A stretch of 64,000 nt of DNA from the human T2T-CHM13v2.0 reference genome, Homo sapiens. Below the pieces are notes generated by a model, which made no database searches, was not told where the DNA came from, and saw nothing but the letters and a program-made list of their open reading frames with translations. The translations under genes and the position numbers were made by a program. Positions 54,282-64,000 of this stretch are shown one piece after another. The stretch lies in NCBI RefSeq assembly GCF_009914755.1, contig NC_060947.1, one strand, 5' to 3'. Each line of letters opens with the position of its first letter. The first letter of the stretch is position 1.

Positions 54282-55104
54282 TAAGTTTTTCCCAAGGAAT
54301 GGCTGTTTAGCCCTCATCATGGGAGGGCATTAGCACTAATAGGCCTGCTGTTAACTTTGCAAGGCCTAGAGCAAAAGTCCACATACTGTATCATAGACAT
54401 AAATATTTAGAAGTTATAAATTGAACTAACAGACTATTAAATCAAATCAGTCTTATGCTCCTACTTTGACAAATATACCTTCATAACAACCTGAAAGGCC
54501 ATATTCAAATTGAGAATTCCCAAGACTCTACAAAGAAACCAGCCTCTGGCCTGTGGTCTTCCAAACTCCACCCCTCCTGCTTCTCCCCTCATACCCAACT
54601 CCGTCCTGCACTATAAGGGGCCTCAGTAGTTATGTACAGACACAGCATTCAGTACACACAAGCTCCCTCTTTGTCTCCCGCAAACAATTATCTAGTGGCT
54701 AATGATCTTGGCTAGGGGTAGTGTGCTTTACCCTTAAGCGGACAGACTCCTTAAGGAAGAGTCAGCACAGGTCCTGAAAGAGGCCTCAGGACTATATGGT
54801 TGGGTGATTTCAGAGTCCTGGTGCTCTAAGGGTGGCAGAGAAAGGGACATATAGGGTCGGAGTAGGCATGTCTCCTTGGCCCTGTGGCCTCCTTGCCCTG
54901 TGGGGAGGTGCATGGTGGGATGAAGAACAGAGTGGGGCTACCACCCAGAACTAATGCAGTACTGAAAATTAATGCTCTACCAACAATATCCTTTTCCTTC
55001 TTGGTACCTTCAATACAGTCTAATACTCTTCCTAATGTGTCTCAGCTCCCAGCACAACAGCCTTCAATTATTGGCAATACATATGTGTTCTCTTTCCCTC
55101 TGTG

Positions 55105-55208
55105 TCTTCTCTCTCTCTCTCTCTTCCCCCTCTCTCTCTTTCTCTCTCCCTCTCTCTCCCTCTTCCTCTCTCTCCTTCTCTCTCTCTCTCCCTCTCTCTC
55201 CCTCTCTC
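55105..55208. repeat. (CT)n-rich polypyrimidine tract
   Basis: About 100 nt of C/T only. Confidence 0.95.
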
Positions 55209-55834
55209 AGTTGTATATAATTCTCCCTCTTCTTGTCAACATAGTAAATCAGACTTTGTAGAGTGACCACCATTCAGGTTTGCTGAGGTCTGGGAGGTTT
55301 TAGCACTGAAAGTCCTGTGTCCTAGGAAACCTCCCAGCCCCAGGCAAACCAGGACAGTTGGTCACTCTACTTTTAGAGAATCAATCAGTATGGTATGAAA
55401 AATGATGTTATAGTAGGTCTCTGGTCAAAAATAGTTGAAATAAAAAAATTCCTAGCCTGCTAGAGATTGAGAGCACTTTTTAAATTTTTACTTAAACAGT
55501 TATACTGTACAGTGTTTACAGGCATTTCTCTAAGCACTTTACAAATATTAACTCACTTAATCCCCATAAGAAACCTATGAGGGTTGTACCATCGTTATCT
55601 TAGATTTACAGGAAACCGAAGCACAGAAATGTTGAATAACTTGTCCAGAGTCGGCAAGCTAGTAAAAGTCGAAAAGCAGAGATACAAACCCAGGCAGACA
55701 TTCTAGGGTCCATTTCTTTAGTTATTCTTTTATGAAGACCAAAGGAATTAGGAAAGTCAGAACAATCACTTTTACCATAATTGCAAAATTATTTGGAAGC
55801 AGAGATGCTATGTGAATATAGGCCTTTGGCCCTA

Positions 55835-56050
55835 GCTGGCTTCATGGGCATATGAGATCTGCACAGTTGCAAGGGCCTAGAAGTACCTAGTACCTAGAAG
55901 GTACCTAGAAGGGCACAGTACCTAGAAGGGCCCTGTGCTTGGTTTAATGCTCTGCTGTTGTCATCTTGAAGTAATACTTCGTGATTTTTAAACAAGGATT
56001 CCTGCATTTTCATTTTGCATTGGTGCCTGCAATTATGTAACTGGTTCTGC
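55835..56050. mobile_element. MER91A-like hAT-Tip100 element
   Basis: GCTGGCTTCATGGGC...GCTTGGTTTAATGCTCTGCTG...CATTTTCATTTTGCA...AATTATGTAACTGGTTCTG. Confidence 0.7.
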
Positions 56051-56757
56051 CTTCAGTGATTGGACTGTCATAAAACTGGGAAGGGGGCCCCTGATATTCT
56101 CCTCTTGTAGGACAGGAAAATCTGGCAGAAACTTTCTGCCAGATTTTTCTCATGGTTACAGGCTCATGATGTAACCTCTGTGTCTTGGTGTAACTTTAAA
56201 ACATATTTTTGCCATTACCAAGCTGGTATCCATAAAAAAATCACAAGAAGTCATTTAAAAACATCACCTAATCATAAAGAAAAACGTCAAACTGTGCCAC
56301 AATGGGAAAAAGTCTAATCCCAAATGTAGGGGTCAAGCTGAAGCCTATCATGTGGGGAATATCAGTTAATATGGCGCCCTCACCTTGAGCCACCTGGGCA
56401 GTGACTGAATTTGTTCAAAGAATATTTCTTTATTGGGTGATGGACCTTTGTGCCATCACAAGCCTTCCCTCTGAAGGGAGCAGTGTTGAGTACCATGCAG
56501 GTCTCCAAAACTGCTAAAAGATGAATACTCCCAAGCTCATCAACTTGAGTGACATGATAAGCATTGTCCCTATAGTTAAACTAAGAAGGAAGAAAATAAC
56601 TAAAAATTTAATAAATTCTTATTAAAATATTTAAAACTTCACATGTTAAATTTAGATTTCTTTACACATTTGAACATTACAGAATAATCCTGTAAATTGT
56701 TAAAATTAGATTAATCATATAAGAACAAGTTAATGAGCTTGTAAAAACTGAGTGTCC

Positions 56758-57560
56758 CTTCTCAAAAGAAGACATTTATGCGGACAACAAACATATGAAA
56801 AAAAGCTCATCATCACTTGTCATTAGAGAAATGCAAATCAAAACGACAGTGAGATACCATTTCACGCCATTTAGAATGGCAATCATTAAAAAGCCAGGAA
56901 ACAACAGATGCTGGAGAGGATGTGGAGAGAAATAGGAACGCTTTTACACTGTTGGTGGGAGTGTAAATTATTTCAACCACTGTGGAAGACAGTGTGGTGA
57001 TTCCTCAAGGATCTAGAACCAGAAATATCATTTGACCCAGCAATCCCAGTACTGGGTATATATTCAAAGGATTATAAATCATTCTACTATAAAGACACAT
57101 GCACACATATGTGTATTGCAGCACTATTCACAATAGCAAAGACTTGGAACCAACTCAAATGCCCATCAATGTTAGACTGGATAAAGAAAATGTGGCACAT
57201 ATACACCATGGAATACTATGCAGCCATAAAAAAGAATGAGTTCATGTCCTTTGCAAGGACATGGATGAAGCTGGAAACCATCATTCTCAGCAAACTAACA
57301 CAGGAACAGAAAACCGAACACCGCATGTTCTCACTCATAAGTGGAAGTTGAACAATGAGAACACATGGACACAGGGAGGGGAACATCACACACTGGGGCT
57401 TGTTGGGGGGTGGGGGATAGGGGAAAGATAGCATTAGGAGAAATACCTAATGAAGATGACGGGTGCAGCAAACCACCATGGCACATGTATATATATGTAA
57501 CAAACCTGCACGTTCTGCACATGTATCCCAGAACTCAAAGTATAATAAAAAAAAAAATAA
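56758..57560 (+). mobile_element. 5'-truncated L1PA (ORF2 end plus 3' UTR)
   Basis: CTTCTCAAAAGAAGACATTTATG...; ORF track 57109-57351 is the L1 ORF2 C-terminus; A-rich tail at about 57542-57560. Confidence 0.96.
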
Positions 57561-58956
57561 AATTTAAAAATCAACTTCTGCGTGGCAACAAAACAAAATA
57601 AAAACCCTATGCAAACTAAAAGACAAATGATAAACTGAGCAAAATTATTTGTAATTCATATTATGGACAAAAGACTAATCTCCCCAAAAAGGCTAATACC
57701 TCCAAACTCATTAACAACTACACTACTGCACTGTTTGTTTGTACAATGGATCACTCAGAGTCAGCTCAGAATCTAAGAGTAAAGTACATGTCAATCCAAA
57801 AATGTGTCCAAATTCACTGAAATACAATGTAGAACAGAAAAGAAAGAGTAATTGGAGTTGCTAAGTACTTTCAAAAGGCTTTATGCTTAACCGTGAAGAC
57901 AGTAAAGAGAGTAAAGCAGCAGTTCGGGAGCCTGTCTGGAGAAGTAAAGGTGATATGGCAGCACACTGCTAGAGACTCCGCTAGACATTTAGCTTAACCT
58001 ATGCATCTCACAAATGGAAAAAAAAAAAAAAAGATAGGTGAGAAAAGATATCATGAGAAAGGTAATTAAGGTAGAAGAATCACACTTTACAAGAAGGTTT
58101 GCTTGATTTCTTTTAAGCTCTAGGCTAGTACAAAATTTAAGATTGATATTACTTAAATTAATAAGAAACACTAAAGGACTCTTCAATTCGCAAGATTAAA
58201 CACTTCCATCTGGAACATCTGATTACTAAATAATAGCCCATAGCTACATTACGCTCCATTTTCTTCTACTTAACTTTATCATTTTAAAAAGGGTGCTGGG
58301 AAGAGGTACGGTAAAACCATCTGCCATAATAAAATGAAAATTATCTCATTAAAAAAAAATCTGAGTGTCCATGCCATCATGACCTACCAGAAGTGCTACA
58401 TCATATGGTTAGTATTTTATAAATTTGTTATTCAAAAATAATGAAAACAATAATGTAAAATAATTTTTTAAAAAAGAAAAAAAATCAAACCTCATCTGAC
58501 TTCATTTAGCCTACATTCTTCGTATTCTAATATACTTTTTTAGAATGAAATATTTAGATGTGAAAGTTAATAAAAGAGAAATGATTGTTCTTAGGGTGTG
58601 GCTTCCTCTAAATAAGTCATGGACGTTCCCAGGATGCCATGAGACTCAACAGGGTTTCCAGTGCAACAGACCATTGCTACCCTGATTCTCTGTAGGAAAG
58701 TTGAATACAGCATTCACAAACTGCTAAATTGCTGCTGAAGTCACCAATGTCTGATATGAGGCAGAAATTTTTTTTGCCTCCAAAGATAATTGTGCTTGAA
58801 ATATAAGATCCTAAACTTTTCCCTCTCTTTCTCTGTTCAAGTGAAAGAGGGTGGGGGTGGGAATTAAAACAAACAGAAATCTGAGAGCAACTCTTTTTCA
58901 GTACATGTAGAAAATGGAGTGTGGAGCATTGAACTTTGAAAATCTGTTATTTCCAG

Positions 58957-59173
58957 GAAACTCAGCCATCCCAAGCTGGTTAAATTCTATGGAGTGTGTT
59001 CAAAGGAATACCCCATATACATAGTGACTGAATATATAAGCAATGGCTGCTTGCTGAATTACCTGAGGAGTCACGGAAAAGGACTTGAACCTTCCCAGCT
59101 CTTAGAAATGTGCTACGATGTCTGTGAAGGCATGGCCTTCTTGGAGAGTCACCAATTCATACACCGGGACTTG
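58957..59173 (+). CDS. BMX: BMX exon 15, kinase hinge to HRDL (T489 gatekeeper; C496 at 59048-59050)
   Basis: TTCCAG| and |GTAAGC, 217 nt. Confidence 0.98.
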
Positions 59174-60045
59174 GTAAGCAAAGCCATTGGAATTTCAAAG
59201 AAAAGAAAGCAGTCCACGGCTCCCACTTCTGGAGATGGGGTCACTGGTAGGGAAGGCAAGAAGGGCACCATCACTTCTACTTTGCTCACTTGTGACTTGT
59301 TTAAGCAAATGACATTTTTACAAAAATCAATGTAAAAATATTTGAAGTATGGAAAGAACAGTGAGAATAAAATAAGCTGTTAAGGTCTACATAGCTGTGT
59401 TGTGGCAAGAAGGAGAACAGATGGAAAGGAAAGACTTCTGCCAATTTAGTGTCTCTCAAAACCATTAAACCCAAATTGACCTTCATTTCAGGAAGGGCTT
59501 AGTGCTAAAGCAGCCATTTGATACAATAACTGAACATGAAAAAAAAAAAAGGAAATAGAATTTGTGTGTCTTTGGATCAGAATGAGAGTGGGGAATGCTG
59601 TGTTTGGTATTCACTGGGATTTATCTTTAGAGATTTTCTTGCGCTCAACAGTAGACCTGCATTCACACTAGGCCAGTGTGTTCCCTAAGTCACAGGTGCA
59701 GCGTTTATGCCTTCAAAGCATCTGTGAATGCACGGTATCTGGTGGTGGAAAGGGAGATTCTAGAAATTTCTCATCTTTCCTTGATAAGCTAAGGTTCTGT
59801 GTTTAAAGTGTAATACCTTTTCATGTTGTTTGACAAGGATGGATGCTTGGTTGAAAGTACTCATGGGAGAACATTTTTATTTTGAAAAATTGAAAATTGC
59901 AAAGGAAAAAAAAGACAACTTTAGAGCACTTGGGGGTTGTGCTAGGTAATCTTAGATTTTGCTGAGAATTCTACTCAAAAGGAGGAAAATGTCAGGAGAT
60001 TCTTGGTCACTTTCACTACTTGGTGATTTTGTTTTTCCTTTAAAG

Positions 60046-60110
60046 GCTGCTCGTAACTGCTTGGTGGACAGAGATCTCTGTGTGAAAGTATCTGACTTTG
60101 GAATGACAAG
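60046..60110 (+). CDS. BMX: BMX exon 16 AARNCLVDRDLCVKVSDFGMT
   Basis: TAAAG| and |GTAAGC, 65 nt; DFG motif. Confidence 0.98.
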
Positions 60111-60389
60111 GTAAGCCAATTCCGAAAGGGCAACCAGTGAAAGGGGGATTTCCATTCACATTTGAACACCATCATAATTGAAGGCTTTGTGGGGATATAG
60201 AAGGTGCTCTGAATTGGGGGCTTAGAAACCTAAGTCCCTCCCATGGGATTGTTCTTCAGAAATTATCTGACGTCACTTTTAGTTCTTTCAACAATCTGAT
60301 ACTTTCTAAACTTCTAAATAAATTCCATGAAAGATCCTAAATTTAAATACAACATGTTACAGCCACATTATTGGATTGTTTTACTTTCT

Positions 60390-60570
60390 TTTAAATTTTT
60401 TTATTTTTAATTTTTGTGGGTACATAGTAGGTATACATATTTATGGGGTACATGTGATGTTTTGATACAGGCATGCAATGTGAAATAATCGCATCATGGA
60501 GAATGGGGTATCCATCCCCTCAAGCATTTTGGAGTACTACTCAGCCATTTAAAAAGAATGGATAAATATT
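60390..60570 (-). mobile_element. Short L1MA 3' fragment
   Basis: TTTTTGTGGGTACATAGTAGG...CATCCCCTCAAGCATTT is an antisense L1MA 3' end. Confidence 0.85.
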
Positions 60571-62102
60571 TATAATTTTTTAACTCAATCAAGGATCTGC
60601 TAGCTCTTTTTGTCTGTCATTAAAAAAAAAACCTGATGTTCAAATGGGTAGAGCATTCACACTAGGAAAATTTTTGTTGTCACATCATTAGATTTTCTGC
60701 ATCACAAAGTAAGGCATAAAACTAGACTCTGAGATTCTCTTGATGGGCATTCTACCACCACTTAATGATGTGGAACAATTATTTTGATTACGATCGTTTT
60801 TTTAAAGTCTTCTTTTACCTTAATCCTGTATCCTAATACTATTTAAGCCTCAGAGCAAATTTTCATAGTTTTGCAAAGAAAACGAAGACATACACATTAA
60901 CCTTTCTATTCAACATTTATTGAGTGCCTACTGAATACCTCAGTCCTGCAGGAGATACTGATATGAATAGGATAGTCCCTGCTCTCAAAATGACCACAGT
61001 TTAGTCTAGAGGGCAAGTAGATATCCCTGACATTGAGACAAAATATAACTATAAAGTTGTGCTGACTCAATATGTAATTCTGAAGGTGAATAATGCAGTT
61101 TAAAAGAGATCTGAAGAGTTGACCAAGGCCAGGTTAATATTTAGCAAACATTGCCCTAAAATGCCATAGGAGGATCTGTTTTTTTAATGTCTTCTCCAAA
61201 ATTCAGTGTTAGGGGATGCTTTTTGACCCTTGTGGCACATACCGTGGAAGCTATGGTAATTCCTCTGGGAGCCCTAAATATTGGCAAGATGTCCTTTTAG
61301 CTGTGTACTAGCTACCGTCACTCCAACCACCATACACTGAGTCCCCTACACTGACCCTCCAAACATGTAGCTTTCTCAAGAGCAAGAAAAAAAAAATCTG
61401 CTGACAGGTTCTTAAAGCAGGGAGAAGCTCCCAGGTCAAGGGAACTGATCCCCACCTTTACTCTAAAAGCAAGAATATTGGCTGTTATGCCAGCATCCAG
61501 GGAACATGCTTTCACGTTCTCTGTAGCTTTGGAAAAGGGAGACTTTTCCAAAAAAAGATCCAAAGAAAAAAGAGATCTTGCTCTGAGTAAGAGATCCTGG
61601 AAGCCATGTACCAGCCCTGTTGGTTATGAAGCTCTGTGGCCACATCAATTAGATGCCTGTGACTTCATTTGCTCCTACTAGCTTGAAGGAAGGTTTAAGC
61701 CATGAGCATCCCCAAACCAGGAGTGCCAGGGTAGTGTCTGGGTATCTGGTAGTGTCTGGGGAGCTGAGGGGTTCTGGGGAGAAAAGTATGGAATGTACTG
61801 TATGTAATCCTATGAAAGTGTAGTTTATTAATATTATTGTTAATATTTAGAAGGATGATCTTCCCAGCCAGCTATTTTAAATTACAGTGAGATCTCTAAA
61901 ACATTTGGTGTGTAAATTATATCCAAAATTCCAATTGCCATAACTCCTGTTGTTCTATTTTCTCTAATTAAGAGTCATTATGTGTTTGTTTTTGTTGTGG
62001 TTTTTGTGGGCAAATATATGATGTTCTCTTTTATTAATACTATAAATAATATGTACTTATTATAAGAAAAATAGCATTAGTGTAGAAAGTAAAAAGTAGA
62101 AT

Positions 62103-62813
62103 TGTTAGCAGCAGTGAATCCGTAAAGGTCTGCAGCAACTCAATTCTTGCCTCCTCAAAGGAAAGGATTCATCTGAGGGGCATAAGGCAGAGAGAGAGAC
62201 TGAGGCAAGTTTTTGAGCAGGAGTGAGAGTTTATTAAAAAGTTTTAGAGCAGGAAGGAAAGGAAGTAAAGCACACTTGGAAGAGGGCCAAGAGGGCAACT
62301 TGAGAGATCCAACTGCCCTACTTGGCCCTTGACTTAGGGTTTCATACATTGGCATAATTCCAAAGTTTGCATCTTTTCTCCCCTGATTCTTCCCTTGGGG
62401 TGGGCTGTCTGCATGAGCAGTAGCCTGCCAGCACTTGGGAGGGGCCGCACGCACAGTGTGTTTACTTAGGTTGTGCGCATGCTCATTTGAGGCATTTTTC
62501 TTTTACCAGTCGAGTATTCTTAGAGGAAGGTCATATACCAGTTAAACTCCATTATTTTGCCTCTTATTGCGCATGTTTGACCCCAGTTGCCCAACTCCTG
62601 AGATCATATCAGGAAGCTGTTGATCATCAGCTTCAAGTATTTTCTATCTATTGGGAGACTGCCGTTCCCTGGCACCAGCTGCGACCAATTATTATTTTAG
62701 AGAGACGGTTAACAACTGCCTGACTATTACCTGACGGTCACCTAATATTCCTGGGTTGGGGGTGGGGGATCTCTCCTGCCCTGCTCATGTCTGCCTAGCT
62801 ACCTATTCTGACA
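62103..62813 (-). mobile_element. MER50-like ERV1 solo LTR
   Basis: TG...CA termini, 4-bp TSD GAAT; minus strand begins TGTCAGAATAGGTAGCTAGGCAGACATGAGCAGGGCAGGAGA. Confidence 0.85.
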
Positions 62814-63760
62814 GAATCTGTCCCTCATTTTCAGTGCTAGGAGTAACCACTGCTCAGATGTTTGGTGGGTATCCTTTCAGACCTCATTCTTAAGTGTATC
62901 CAATCATATACACAAATATGCACATTTACTACTTGTTCCCACACACAAAAAATGGAATCACATTATACACACTTTCTTTTGCACATAACCATATACCATG
63001 AGCACCTTTTTATTTTGGTGAAGAGTTATCTCATTTTTGAATGGCTATGTGCTATTCTATTGTGTGAGTGTGCCATAATATATTTAATTACTCCTCAACA
63101 TTGGGAACATTGAGGTTGCTTTCATTTTATCATTATTACAAACAAAGAGTTTAGTGAACATTCTTCAACATGTATTTTGGTCTTGATATCTCCATAGGAT
63201 ATTTTTGTTCATCATTATTCATAACAGCAGAAGATTAGTAGCAATTTACCTGGTTAAATAAATTATGTTTAATTCCTTCCATAAGAAGAAATAATAAGAG
63301 GGAATGGTATTCAGCCACTAAACATGATGCTGCAGTAGAAATGTAACCGTATGGGGAAATGCTCATGATATACCATTAAAGGAAAAATAAAAGCAAATCT
63401 CAATATAACAGAAACCCTATTTTGTTCAACTTATATATGTGGGAAATAAGATCAGAAAGTACAAAGAAAAATGTATTTTGAGTGATAGAATTACAGGTTA
63501 TCTTTAGGGTGGGTTTCTGAGTAATTTTATCTTTACTTTTTTGTGTTTTTCTATATTTACCAAACATTTTGCATTGAGGTTTTGCTGTATTCAGTTAGAT
63601 ATTATCTTTTAAATGCTTACAAACCATAAGCAGCCTCCAGCTAAGCCCACACATTGAAAGGAAACAAAAGTTCCAGAAAACTGAGGCAATCGACTGAGAC
63701 TCTGGGTGGCTTCCGTGTCCTTCATCAGCCTGTACCACCACGGCTTAAGGTCTGTGTTGA

Positions 63761-64000
<240 letters not shown>

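Noticed and set aside
56141-56233. Possible snoRNA or processed-pseudogene fragment
   Set aside because: No convincing C/D or H/ACA architecture and no coherent protein match; only the hairpins are supported.
57109-57351. ORF resembling a real protein
   Set aside because: C-terminal remnant of L1 ORF2 in a truncated element, not a gene.

Overview
Mammalian (human-like) genomic DNA that I recognise from the translated exons as the PIR/BMX locus on Xp22.2. Minus strand: the CpG-island promoter, non-coding exon 1 and first coding exon of PIR (pirin, MGSSKKVTLSVLSREQSEGVGARVRRSIGRPE), with an NRF2 antioxidant response element in the island. Plus strand: BMX/ETK (Tec-family tyrosine kinase) with two alternative non-coding first exons and 16 coding exons. 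These join in one frame (1795 nt, 598 codons plus 1 nt; PH, Btk motif, atypical SH3, SH2 and most of the kinase domain), and the gene continues past the window end. The rest is mostly interspersed repeats (Alu, L1, L2, MIR, MaLR/ERV1 LTRs, hAT/Tigger DNA elements); subfamily names are from recalled consensus, not RepeatMasker. Main items worth a second look: an antisense terminal exon in BMX intron 6 that fits the alternative C-terminus of ACE2; an L1 with an apparent ~790-bp 3' transduction; first-exon-dependent Kozak context of an overlapping uATG; a five-fold tandem NAG acceptor; a possible recursive splice site at exon 17; a 49-bp templated insertion; and a ~1-kb inversion inside a MaLR element.
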